From contig OZ223236.1 in the NCBI GenBank assembly GCA_965140445.1, positions 1,760,001 through 1,824,000 on the forward strand: 64,000 nt of DNA, read 5' to 3'. Positions 47,963-57,104 of this stretch are shown here, piece after piece. The DNA is from Candidatus Ozemobacteraceae bacterium. Its GTDB lineage: Bacteria > Muiribacteriota > Ozemobacteria > Ozemobacterales > Ozemobacteraceae. The notes under the pieces are model-generated. The model did not search any database and was not told where the DNA came from. It saw only the letters and a list, made by a program, of their open reading frames with translations. Made by a program: the position numbers and the translations under genes. Numbering within the stretch: position 1 is the first letter of the stretch; the number at the start of each line of letters is the position of its first letter.

Positions 47963-49695
47963 TGAATACCTTTTATAGAATACTGAATTACTTTAGAGAT
48001 TACATCCCGCATCTTGTTGTGGGAATTCTCGGTAGTGCCGTAGTGGCAATTTGTACAATTTTTCCTGCCTGGGTTATGAAAAGCGTAGTTAACGATGTTC
48101 TTGTTAATAAAGATTTGACCAGACTTCATTGGATTGCAGCGGCTCTTATTGTTGTTATGTTTGTTAAAGGAATTGCGCAATTTTTGCAGGGGTTCCTTAT
48201 GCAATATGTTTCTCAGAGTATTCTTAGAAAGATTAGAACAGCTTGTTTTGAAAAACTAATGGCTTTATCTCTTTCTTATTATGAAAAGCAGAGAACAGGA
48301 CAGTTAATGAGTAGGATTACTGCTGATGTTTTGATTTTGCAAAACCTTCTGTCAAGTTCTACGAGTTTGATTGGCGATATGATCGCGTTTATTGGATTTT
48401 GTATTTACATTTTCCTATTACATTGGAAGCTGGCTTTGATTTCTATTGTTATCATTCCTTTTATAGGCGCTTTGATTAATAAGTTTGCCCGAAAGATGAA
48501 AAAGATTGGCTCCAAGATGCAAAGTCGTATTGGAGATATCTCAACTGTTTTGCAGGAGTTTATAACCGGAGTTAAGGTTGTAAAGTCTTTCACTCTTGAA
48601 GCCTTTGTTAAAGAGCGATTTGAGAAAGCAAATGATGCTAACTTCAAAGAAACAATTCGCGGAAGTCGAATTAATGCGGCAACAACTCCCATTATTGAGT
48701 TTATTAACACCTGCGGATTGGCAATAATCTTTTGGTATGGCGGTTATGAGGTTATTCACGGCAACCTTAATGCTGGACAGTTAATTAGCTTTTTAACTGC
48801 ATTGGTCGGCTTGTTTGTTCCCATAAAGAATTTGTCAAAAATGAGTAATGTAATATCTCAATCAGTTGGAGCTGGTGAAAGAGTGTTTGAAATTTTAGAT
48901 GCTCCAATCGACATTGAAGAAATAGAAGACCCCAAAACAATGGAAGACTGTACTGGAGAGGTTGAATTTTCCAATGTTACCTTCTCTTATAAAGATAATG
49001 AGCCTGTTTTGAACAATGTTAATCTCAAAGTTAAGCCAGGTGAGGTTATAGCTCTTGTTGGCCCATCAGGTGCAGGGAAAACAACTTTTGTAAATTTGAT
49101 TCCAAGATTTTTCGATGTGTCGAAGGGTAGCGTTAAAATTGATGGTAAGAATGTTCGAGATTTAACTTTTAACTCATTAAGAAGAAATATCGGCCTGGTT
49201 CCTCAAGAGACTCTTTTATTTTCTGGAACAATAGAGGAAAACATCAGATTCGGAAGACTTGATGCAACAACAGAAGAGGTTATTGAAGCTGCAAAGTTAG
49301 CAAATGCTCATTCCTTCATTCTTACTCAGCCTGACGGATATGATACCGTTCTCGGAGAAAGAGGAGTGAATCTTTCTGGCGGGCAAGGTCAGCGAGTAGC
49401 TCTGGCCCGTGCTTTTCTGAAAGATCCCGCAATTCTAATTCTTGATGAAGCCACAAGTGCTTTGGATTCTGAAACAGAAAATCTTATTAAAGAATCATTT
49501 AATAGATTAATGAAAGATAGGACAACGTTTATGATTGCTCACAGGCTTTCTACCGTTGTTAATGCCGATAAAATTGTAGTTTTCCAAAAGGGTGAAATTG
49601 TTGAGCAGGGAACTCATAATGATTTATTAGAGCAAAAGGGCCTCTATTCTCAACTTTATCGATCACAATATTCGGAAGGCGGGTATACATTGTAA
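47962..49695 (+). CDS. msbA: lipid A flippase ABC transporter
   Basis: TMD plus NBD: GPSGAGKTT, LSGGQGQR, LDEATSALD, IAHRLST; lipid A operon context. Confidence 0.9.
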   Translation: MNTFYRILNYFRDYIPHLVVGILGSAVVAICTIFPAWVMKSVVNDVLVNKDLTRLHWIAAALIVVMFVKGIAQFLQGFLMQYVSQSILRKIRTACFEKLMALSLSYYEKQRTGQLMSRITADVLILQNLLSSSTSLIGDMIAFIGFCIYIFLLHWKLALISIVIIPFIGALINKFARKMKKIGSKMQSRIGDISTVLQEFITGVKVVKSFTLEAFVKERFEKANDANFKETIRGSRINAATTPIIEFINTCGLAIIFWYGGYEVIHGNLNAGQLISFLTALVGLFVPIKNLSKMSNVISQSVGAGERVFEILDAPIDIEEIEDPKTMEDCTGEVEFSNVTFSYKDNEPVLNNVNLKVKPGEVIALVGPSGAGKTTFVNLIPRFFDVSKGSVKIDGKNVRDLTFNSLRRNIGLVPQETLLFSGTIEENIRFGRLDATTEEVIEAAKLANAHSFILTQPDGYDTVLGERGVNLSGGQGQRVALARAFLKDPAILILDEATSALDSETENLIKESFNRLMKDRTTFMIAHRLSTVVNADKIVVFQKGEIVEQGTHNDLLEQKGLYSQLYRSQYSEGGYTL

Positions 49696-50465
49696 TGAGA
49701 CCAGCTTTTAATTCCAGAGCAGAGCAACTTAGTGCTGAAAATAGCCCTTTCATTGGTTCTTTTGATCGTGATGAAAGAGCGAAAGCGGCATCTTTGCGTT
49801 TGGAAGATGGAAGATGGGATGATGCAAAATATCGGTCATGGTTGAGAATTAAAGCTCGTTTAAGTTCTGGATTAATAACTTTGGCTTATAATTGGACCAG
49901 AGTCGAAAGATATGGCTGGGAAAATTTTATCGAAGCAACTAAGCAAAGTGATCCCTATTTGATTGTTGCGTGGCATGGATCACTAATGATACCGATTTAT
50001 TGCTTCCAGAATAGAAAAGTTGTTATCATGACATCATTGTCTCGTGATGGCGATTTATTAACACAAGCTTTATATAACCATGGATTCCGATGTGTTAGAG
50101 GCTCCTCTTCACGAGGGGGAATGCGTGGTTTGCTAGAAATGGCCAGGTTGATGAAAAATGGAGCTAATGGGGCTATCACTGTCGACGGACCTCGCGGCCC
50201 AAGACATGAAGTAAAACCAGGAGCTGTGCTGCTAGCCAAAAAAGCGAAGGCTTTTATGGTTCCGATTGGTTTGGGTTATTCTAATTGTAAAAGAATGAAG
50301 AACTGGGATCAGACAGAGGTCCCTTTGCCAGGATCAAAAGCAGTTATTGTAACAGGAAAACCTTTTAGACTTGAAGATGATATTAGTTTGGAAGACGGTT
50401 GTAGAGAAATACAAGAAAGAATTTTTGCCTGTGAAAAGATCGCGGAGCAAAGGGTTAATTCATGA
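49695..50465 (+). CDS. DUF374 / LpxJ-type lipid A acyltransferase
   Basis: VAWHG, SLSRDGD, VRGSSSRGG, TVDGPRGPR, WDQTEVPLP. Confidence 0.88.
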   Translation: MRPAFNSRAEQLSAENSPFIGSFDRDERAKAASLRLEDGRWDDAKYRSWLRIKARLSSGLITLAYNWTRVERYGWENFIEATKQSDPYLIVAWHGSLMIPIYCFQNRKVVIMTSLSRDGDLLTQALYNHGFRCVRGSSSRGGMRGLLEMARLMKNGANGAITVDGPRGPRHEVKPGAVLLAKKAKAFMVPIGLGYSNCKRMKNWDQTEVPLPGSKAVIVTGKPFRLEDDISLEDGCREIQERIFACEKIAEQRVNS

Positions 50466-51646
50466 CTGAAATTGCAAAAAGAAAAAGATTATTAATCGTG
50501 GCTGGAGAAACTTCCGGTGACTTTTATGCTGGTTCTCTTATAGATGTTCTTAAGAAAACAGCGCCTTTTGATATTTATGCAGTTGGCGGAATTCAAACCG
50601 CACATCGTGATGTAAATCTTCTTTATGATAGTACAAACTGGGCAGCCATTGGTTTATTTGAAGCTTTTAAACAGGCTCCAAGGTTGCTGCTGGTGCTTCG
50701 AAAGCTTCGAAAGTTCATAATAGAAAAGAAACCAGATCTAATTATTCTTGTTGATTACCCTGGTTTTAATATGAGATTGGTTCATATTGCTGAAAAACTG
50801 GGTATTCCAACTGTTTATTATTTTCCACCAAGCAAATTTGCAATTGATCCCAAAAATGTTGCTGATGCAGCTGGTAGTATTACCAGAGTTGCCGCAAATT
50901 TCGCATCAACTTATGAAGTTTATAAAAATGCTGGGGCTGAAGTAGATTTCGTTGGACATCCTCTTTTGGACCACGCAGTTCCAGCTATGACAAAAGAAGA
51001 GACTTATAAAAAATATGGTTTAATTCCTGGTCGACCAGTTATTGGCTTATGTCCTGGAAGCCGTAAAAGTGAGCTTCAACTTTTACTTCCAATAATGCTT
51101 GCAGCGGGAAAAATAATCCATAGTAAATTTCCAGATTTCCAGTTTGTTGTTCCGGTTATTGAAACCGAAGGTTCTGAAGTTTTTGGCATGCAGAAATCTG
51201 ATCTTCATAAGCAGTTAGAGAACTCTGGATTGCCTGTGAAGTTGGCTGAAGGAAAAATTTACGATGTGATGAACATCGCTAAGTTTCTATTGATTAGCTC
51301 CGGAACAGCGACACTAGAAGCCAGTTATATTGGCACTCCAATGATCATTTGTTACAAAGTTTCTCTTTTTACAGAAATTCAGGCCAGATTGTTCTATAAA
51401 CTTCCAGAATTTATCGGCCTTCCTAATATAATTATTAAAAGAAAAGCTATTCCAGAGCTTATTCAGCATGATTTAACTCCAGAAAAGCTGGCTGAAATGG
51501 CGCTGGAAATTATTAATGATCCTGAAAAATACGACAAGCAGAAGCAAGATCTTGCTGAGGTTGTATCACAACTTGGAGAGCCTGGCGCACACGAAAGAGT
51601 TGCCAGAATAGTAATGGAGCTTCTGGACATGCCTTCTCAGGGGTAA
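50462..51646 (+). CDS. lpxB: second, divergent LpxB paralogue
   Basis: AGETSGD, VDYPGFN, VGHPL, CPGSRKSE, SSGTATLE, IGLPN, PELIQ; YYFPPSKFAI replaces the PQVWAW motif. Confidence 0.88.
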   Translation: MTEIAKRKRLLIVAGETSGDFYAGSLIDVLKKTAPFDIYAVGGIQTAHRDVNLLYDSTNWAAIGLFEAFKQAPRLLLVLRKLRKFIIEKKPDLIILVDYPGFNMRLVHIAEKLGIPTVYYFPPSKFAIDPKNVADAAGSITRVAANFASTYEVYKNAGAEVDFVGHPLLDHAVPAMTKEETYKKYGLIPGRPVIGLCPGSRKSELQLLLPIMLAAGKIIHSKFPDFQFVVPVIETEGSEVFGMQKSDLHKQLENSGLPVKLAEGKIYDVMNIAKFLLISSGTATLEASYIGTPMIICYKVSLFTEIQARLFYKLPEFIGLPNIIIKRKAIPELIQHDLTPEKLAEMALEIINDPEKYDKQKQDLAEVVSQLGEPGAHERVARIVMELLDMPSQG

Positions 51647-51649
51647 AAA

Positions 51650-52603
51650 ATGTCCTTAAATGGTTTTTTAAAACAAGCAGTTATTTGCCTTTCCAGTCTT
51701 TCTACTTCATTGCCCGAGTCTGTTTCCAGGACGGCAGTTGCTTCTATGGGACTATTGGCTGGTAAAGTCTGGTTGAATGAACGAAATCGATTAAAAGAAG
51801 TTATTGACCGTGTTTATTTTCGGTTGGAACGAAAACTTCCCATGGATCTTGATCAAATTGTCGATCGAATGTTTTTACATTTTTCCCTGAATACATTGGA
51901 GCTCCTTCAATATCCCATTATTTCAGAAAAACTTCTTAGGGAAAGGTTTCATTTTGTTGGAATTGAAAACTTAGAAAACGCTTTAAAAAAAGGGAAGGGC
52001 GTTATTCTGGCTTTACCCCACCTCGGAAACTGGGAGCTTTTGGGAGCAGCAATTGCCCATCGCGGATATAAGCTCAACTCTTTTTTTCTTTCTCAAAAGG
52101 AAGATGAGCTTGGAAATTTGCTGGATCATTTCAGAAGCTTTTCTGGAATAGTTTTGCATGATCGTGATCGTGGAGGAATTAAGGCTTTAAAAGCTCTTAG
52201 AAACGGCGAATCGTTGGGGATGATTGCAGACCAGGATGGAGCCAATAATGGTGTTTATATGAATTTTCTTGGCCATTGGGTAAGTATGCCTGCCGGACCG
52301 GCAAATTGGAGCCTGAAAACCGGTGCTGAACTAGTTCCTCTCTATTGTTTAAGAAATAAATTTACCAATAAATTTGAAGCCAGAATCTTACCGGCGCTTC
52401 CAGCTGAAGAAATTGGTTCCCACCATGACAAAGTAATTAGCAGGACTAAGAAGTTAGCAGGATGGATGGAAGAAATAATTCTGGAGAACCCGTCTCAGTA
52501 TTTATGGTTTTATGACAGATTCAAACCCAGGCACGAGCGATACATAATAAAGCAAAAGAATGACGGTGCAAAAATGGTTCATGGTGGAGCTTGGTATGGC
52601 TAA
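51650..52603 (+). CDS. lipid A late acyltransferase (LpxL/HtrB family), second copy
   Basis: GKGVILALPHLGNWE, GMIADQ, FLG, PSQYLWFYDRFK. Confidence 0.9.
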   Translation: MSLNGFLKQAVICLSSLSTSLPESVSRTAVASMGLLAGKVWLNERNRLKEVIDRVYFRLERKLPMDLDQIVDRMFLHFSLNTLELLQYPIISEKLLRERFHFVGIENLENALKKGKGVILALPHLGNWELLGAAIAHRGYKLNSFFLSQKEDELGNLLDHFRSFSGIVLHDRDRGGIKALKALRNGESLGMIADQDGANNGVYMNFLGHWVSMPAGPANWSLKTGAELVPLYCLRNKFTNKFEARILPALPAEEIGSHHDKVISRTKKLAGWMEEIILENPSQYLWFYDRFKPRHERYIIKQKNDGAKMVHGGAWYG

Positions 52604-53897
52604 ATTATCTCTGAAAGAATGGGCCTGGTTAGCTTTTTATCAAGGATTATTTGCGGGAGTTAGCATTTTGGGGGCTGGGGCTGTTCCATTCCTGGCCAGA
52701 AAATATAAAAGAATTGATGATGGTGTAAGTGATTACTTTGGTGGTTTTAAACCAATATTCGGGAAAAAGAACATCTGGATACATGGAGTCTCGATGGGAG
52801 AATCTCTGGTAGCATGCGGTGTTGCTGCTGAGATTATTAAAAGGCATCCTGACTGGGAGATCGGTTTTACAACAACTCACCCAGATGTTTTGGCTACGGT
52901 GAGAAAAAAGAAATTGGCTCATTCTTCTGGTTTTTTCCCATTGGACAATGTCTTTAGCATGAATAGAGCTCTTTCAAGATGGAAACCCGATTTGGTTTTG
53001 GTAGCAGAAACAGATTTCTGGCCAGTTTTTTCTTTTTTATGTAATAAAAAGGAAATTCCTCTTTTACTCATTAATGGCCGGATTAGTGAAAAAATTGAAT
53101 CCTTTTACTCAAAATTTCCGAATTTGGCAAACATTGTTTTTGGCGCTTTTTCAAGATTTCTTGTTCAGTCAGATGTTGATTCAGAAAGACTGGTAAAAAT
53201 TGGTGCTAAACTTGAGCAAATTGAAGTTGTTGGGAATCTTAAGGCTGATTTATTGCCAGCTGGACAGATTAAAGATCTTTCAACTCTCAAGAGATGGAAA
53301 TCGTCGAAGAAGCTTCTGGTATATGGCTCAGTTCATCCGTCAGAATTTAAAGAGTTGCTTCCTACAATAAAAAATTTAAATAAAAGGGGAATTTTACAGC
53401 TGATTGCTCCTAGAAATCTAAATTTTGTAGAAAGTTTTATTACTGAGATTACCAGTTTTCTAAAGATTGAAAAAAGGAAAGTTGCTCTTAAATCCAAATT
53501 GAATAATGATTCTGATCCAGAGATTGTAATATTGGATACAATGGGAGAGCTTTCGCAGATTTATGGTATTGCTGATCTTTCATTTGTAGGTGGAAGTCTT
53601 GATCCGGCAGTTGGCGGTCACAATCCTCTGGAGGTTTTGCAACAAAATTCACCTCTTATTATGGGGCCAAATGTTAGAAACTTTGCCGATATAATTGATC
53701 AATTGAAGAAATTATCGGGGATAAAAGTTGTTAAATCTCCTGTGGATTCAAATGAGTTTTGGAAAATTCTTGATTCTAATGAAGAAAAGGCGAATATGAT
53801 TGCCGCTGGTTCAAAAGTTTTAAATGAAAATCGTGGGGGATTAGAGGTTACTATCCAGGCGATTGAAGATACTCTTAATAAAGGCTTGGAGAAATAA
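52596..53897 (+). CDS. waaA: 3-deoxy-D-manno-octulosonic acid transferase
   Basis: IWIHGVSMGE, AETDFWP, INGRIS, GNLKAD, APR, LDTMGEL, FVGGSL..GGHNPLE; start placed at ATG 52596 after GGAG. Confidence 0.92.
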   Translation: MAKLSLKEWAWLAFYQGLFAGVSILGAGAVPFLARKYKRIDDGVSDYFGGFKPIFGKKNIWIHGVSMGESLVACGVAAEIIKRHPDWEIGFTTTHPDVLATVRKKKLAHSSGFFPLDNVFSMNRALSRWKPDLVLVAETDFWPVFSFLCNKKEIPLLLINGRISEKIESFYSKFPNLANIVFGAFSRFLVQSDVDSERLVKIGAKLEQIEVVGNLKADLLPAGQIKDLSTLKRWKSSKKLLVYGSVHPSEFKELLPTIKNLNKRGILQLIAPRNLNFVESFITEITSFLKIEKRKVALKSKLNNDSDPEIVILDTMGELSQIYGIADLSFVGGSLDPAVGGHNPLEVLQQNSPLIMGPNVRNFADIIDQLKKLSGIKVVKSPVDSNEFWKILDSNEEKANMIAAGSKVLNENRGGLEVTIQAIEDTLNKGLEK

Positions 53898-53898
53898 A

Positions 53899-54255
53899 AT
53901 GACCTATGCATTGTATGTTTTATGGGGATTTATAATTGGAATTATTAGTGGATGCGTTGGTATTGGTGGAGGAGTTGTTATTGTGCCCTCGTTGGTAATG
54001 CTTTTTGGACTCGACCAATTAAAAGCCCAAGGGACTTCTATAGCCTTGATGATCCCTCCAATTGGCCTTTTAGCTGCTGCAAAATACTGGAAAAGTGGAA
54101 ATATAGTTGTTCCTATAGCTATTTTTGGCGCACTGGGAGTGTTTATTGGCGGATATTTTGGTGCATCTATTGCTCACCATGTAGGGGGGCCAATGATGAA
54201 AAAAATTTTTGGTGTAGTTTTGATGGCAGTTGGAGCAAAAATGTTTTTCAGCTAG
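53899..54255 (+). CDS. half-size TauE/SafE (TSUP) membrane protein
   Basis: GIISGCVGIGGGVVIVP, AQGTSIAL; about 118 aa; start at ATG 53899. Confidence 0.85.
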   Translation: MTYALYVLWGFIIGIISGCVGIGGGVVIVPSLVMLFGLDQLKAQGTSIALMIPPIGLLAAAKYWKSGNIVVPIAIFGALGVFIGGYFGASIAHHVGGPMMKKIFGVVLMAVGAKMFFS

Positions 54256-54638
54256 GCGACGTTGCTCAGGCTTTGTTTTTCTAAAATGTTCCAGGTTATT
54301 CCATTAAAATCGACAAAGGCTTTTCGCCCATTTTCAGTTTCTTCAATGATTATTTCATAACTTTCTAATCTTAACTGAAGAGCTTCAAGATCATTTACAT
54401 AAAGCAAAATTTTGCTGTTATTCGCTCTAAATGGAGAATTTTTTCGATCAAACGATGCAATTACTGTAGAATCAACTTGAATTTCTGAGCTTTCGAGTCT
54501 TAGAAGATGCCCAGAGAGGTCATCTGAATCATATTCTTCGATGGTTTGAACTCGATCCATTTTTAAAACTTTTCGATAAAACTCTCTGCTTTTGAGTGGA
54601 TTTTTTGCAATAACACCGATTGGGGTAATAAACTTCAT
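54252..54638 (-). CDS. VOC/glyoxalase-like protein
   Basis: KSREFYRKVLKM, LYVNDLE, FVDFNGITW; start at ATG 54638 after GGAG. Confidence 0.7.
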   Translation of the reverse strand: MKFITPIGVIAKNPLKSREFYRKVLKMDRVQTIEEYDSDDLSGHLLRLESSEIQVDSTVIASFDRKNSPFRANNSKILLYVNDLEALQLRLESYEIIIEETENGRKAFVDFNGITWNILEKQSLSNVA

Positions 54639-54668
54639 TTTAGTCTCCAAAATAAATAGCTCAATAAC

Positions 54669-54693
54669 TTATCGGCAGTTCAGGTTGGATTGA
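54669..54693 (-). promoter_or_regulatory. possible sigma28-type promoter for the VOC gene
   Basis: Minus strand TCAA-N13-GCCGATAA (perfect -10, short spacer). Confidence 0.45.
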
Positions 54694-54758
54694 AGAGGCT
54701 TTTTGCAGATTGGACAGTAAGGTTTGCACATTTATTTTTGGGGTTAGCCTAATATTTC

Positions 54759-54788
54759 TTGCAACAAGGTTTTATGTAATCGTATAAT
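54759..54788 (+). promoter_or_regulatory. sigma70 promoter for ilvE
   Basis: TTGCAA-N18-TATAAT. Confidence 0.65.
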
Positions 54789-54851
54789 CATTCCCTGAAG
54801 TGTTTTGAAAATGAGGCAACTTGCCTGATCAAAGCAAGGAAAGGAAGTAAT

Positions 54852-55955
54852 ATGAGAATAGCTATTGAAAATGTATCCGAAAGCGAACTTAAGCCCCTTT
54901 TTTCTGATCCAAATAAACTGGGATTTTGTAAAACTTTTACAGATTTAATGTTCACAATGGATTATAACGAGGAAGATGGATGGCATAATCCTCATATTAG
55001 AAAGTTTCAGCCATTTCAACTTGATCCTTCATCATTAGTTTTGCATTATGCCCAGGAAATTTTTGAGGGTTTAAAAGCTTTTCATTGTAAAGATGGAAAG
55101 GTTAGATTGTTTAGACCTGACATGAATGCCAAGAGGTTTAACCGTTCTGCAGACAGGCTTTGCATGCCACATTTTATGGAAAATGATTTCCTGGAAAGTG
55201 TTCATGCTCTGGTAAACCTTGAGAAGAGATGGGTTCCTAAGAGCAAAGGCGCGGCATTATATATTCGTCCTTTCATGATCGCTATTGATAATGCTCTTGG
55301 CGTTAGGGCTTCTTCCACATATACATATTGCGTAATTTTAAGTCCTGTTGGGCCATATTATCAGGAAGGTTTTAACCCAATAGCCTTATATGTGTCAGAT
55401 GAATTTACAAGAGCAGCTAAAGGCGGTCTTGGAGAAGCAAAAACTGGTGCAAATTACGCAGCTAGTTTGCTTGCAGGAAGAATTGCCAGAAAGCAAGGTT
55501 GCGCACAGGTTCTGTGGCTGGACGGTGCTGAACATAGATATGTTGAAGAAGTTGGCGCGATGAATATTTGTTTTGTATTCAATGGCAACACTATAGTAAC
55601 TCCAGAACTTAATGGAAGTATTTTACCAGGTGTTACTCGTGATAGCGTTTTAAAGCTTGCTCCAAAACTTGGCCTTAGAGCTGAGGAACGAAGAATCTCC
55701 ATTGATGAAGTAATTGGTGGTTTAACTACTGGCTCAATTACAGAAATTTTTGGAACAGGCACCGCAGCAAGTATTTCACCTGTTGGAAGCCTTAAATATC
55801 GTGGTGAAGACTATACTATTAATGGAAGAAAAGTTGGACCTGTTAGTCAGCAGCTTTATGATACATTAAGAGGTATTCAATACGGAGAAATCGAAGACAC
55901 TTTTGGCTGGACAGTAGCTATTGAAAGCCATGAGGAAAAAGTTCTCGCTATCTGA
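54852..55955 (+). CDS. ilvE: branched-chain amino acid aminotransferase
   Basis: LHYAQEIFEGLKA, LFRPD, LYIRP, AKTGANYA, EEVGAMN, ILPGVTR, FGTGTAA. Confidence 0.96.
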   Translation: MRIAIENVSESELKPLFSDPNKLGFCKTFTDLMFTMDYNEEDGWHNPHIRKFQPFQLDPSSLVLHYAQEIFEGLKAFHCKDGKVRLFRPDMNAKRFNRSADRLCMPHFMENDFLESVHALVNLEKRWVPKSKGAALYIRPFMIAIDNALGVRASSTYTYCVILSPVGPYYQEGFNPIALYVSDEFTRAAKGGLGEAKTGANYAASLLAGRIARKQGCAQVLWLDGAEHRYVEEVGAMNICFVFNGNTIVTPELNGSILPGVTRDSVLKLAPKLGLRAEERRISIDEVIGGLTTGSITEIFGTGTAASISPVGSLKYRGEDYTINGRKVGPVSQQLYDTLRGIQYGEIEDTFGWTVAIESHEEKVLAI

Positions 55956-55965
55956 TCTTTATTAA

Positions 55966-56787
55966 ATGATTAATAACACACCATTAAACCACCCCGATGC
56001 AATGTTTATTGCCGGGGTGGCTTTTTCTACATCAGAAATTATTCTAGAAGTATATAACAATGACTTCTCCTATAGCTTAAAAAATGGTGAAGAACCGGTT
56101 ACAGTGGCGGATCAGCGAGCTGATGATTTTATTGTTGGTAAGATAAAAAGTCAATTCCCAGGAGATAGCATTTTCAGTGAAGAGAACGGCCTGTATCAAC
56201 CGGAAGATTGTAATAATAGAATTTGGTTTATAGATCCGATTGATGGAACAAAAGAATTTATTAAAAAGAATGGTGAATTCGCCATTCAGATTGGTTTGGC
56301 AATAAACGGAAAGCTGGATTTTGGTTTGGTTTATCAACCAATTGGCGAAAACCTTTATATTGGCGCAAAGGGTGAGGGCTGCCATTGGCATTCGCCTGAA
56401 AATGGTTGGCATCAGTTAAAGATCTTGCCAAAGAAGGAAAATTCCTTAATTGCAGCTATAAGTAGGTCAAATCCGAGTGAGCTGGCATCAACTGTTCATA
56501 GTAAGCTCAATGGTACCGGAGTTATTGTTCATGGTGGAGTTGGGCTTAAGCTTATGGCAATTGCCCGCAATAAGGCTCATTACTACATTAATGATTGGAA
56601 CGCCACCAAGGCATGGGATATGGCGGCTCCGGAGTTACTTTTTGAGGAAGCTGGTGGAGTTTCATCTGATTTAACCGGCGAAAAGTTTTTGTATTTTGCA
56701 CAGAATTACAAGCATACCAGAGGACTTTTATCTAGCTGTAATGCATCTTTACATGCGCAAATTCTTGAAATCTCAAAGTGCCGTTAA
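55966..56787 (+). CDS. cysQ: 3'(2'),5'-bisphosphate nucleotidase (inositol monophosphatase family)
   Basis: PVTVAD, SEE, WFIDPIDGTKEFI, AISRS, WDMAA. Confidence 0.85.
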   Translation: MINNTPLNHPDAMFIAGVAFSTSEIILEVYNNDFSYSLKNGEEPVTVADQRADDFIVGKIKSQFPGDSIFSEENGLYQPEDCNNRIWFIDPIDGTKEFIKKNGEFAIQIGLAINGKLDFGLVYQPIGENLYIGAKGEGCHWHSPENGWHQLKILPKKENSLIAAISRSNPSELASTVHSKLNGTGVIVHGGVGLKLMAIARNKAHYYINDWNATKAWDMAAPELLFEEAGGVSSDLTGEKFLYFAQNYKHTRGLLSSCNASLHAQILEISKCR

Positions 56788-56828
56788 GAACAAAATAGAA
56801 TTGTATGTTAAAAAGTTAAACTTGGGAC

Positions 56829-56856
56829 TCAATTTCGTCTTTTCTAAATCCGATAA
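56829..56856 (+). promoter_or_regulatory. possible sigma28-type promoter for the 70-aa orphan
   Basis: TCAA-N16-TCCGATAA, 30 nt before ATG 56886. Confidence 0.5.
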
Positions 56857-56885
56857 GTATAAAAATAGTATCGGTGGAGAAACAA

Positions 56886-57098
56886 ATGATAGATCTCAAA
56901 AACTTTTTGGTAAATAATAATTCAGTTTTAAACCCGAATAATCCAGATATAAACATGGATAAAGTAATTTCCAATCGCAGGAAAATTCTTTCTCAGGCTA
57001 GAAGTGCTATAAGAGATCATCTTGAGCAGCAATTTGAAGAAGCTTTGAAAACTTTCTATTCAAGAGAAATTCCTGAAGACAGAAATAAAATTTATTAA
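56886..57098 (+). CDS. small hypothetical protein (70 aa)
   Basis: GGTGGAG RBS before ATG; amphipathic helical C-terminal half. Confidence 0.6.
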   Translation: MIDLKNFLVNNNSVLNPNNPDINMDKVISNRRKILSQARSAIRDHLEQQFEEALKTFYSREIPEDRNKIY

Positions 57099-57104
57099 TT
57101 CTTT

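Noticed and set aside
54789..54851. Possible T-box or attenuator leader ahead of ilvE
   Set aside because: Leader is only about 60 nt with a tiny AGGCAACTTGCCT hairpin; no T-box motif or leader peptide
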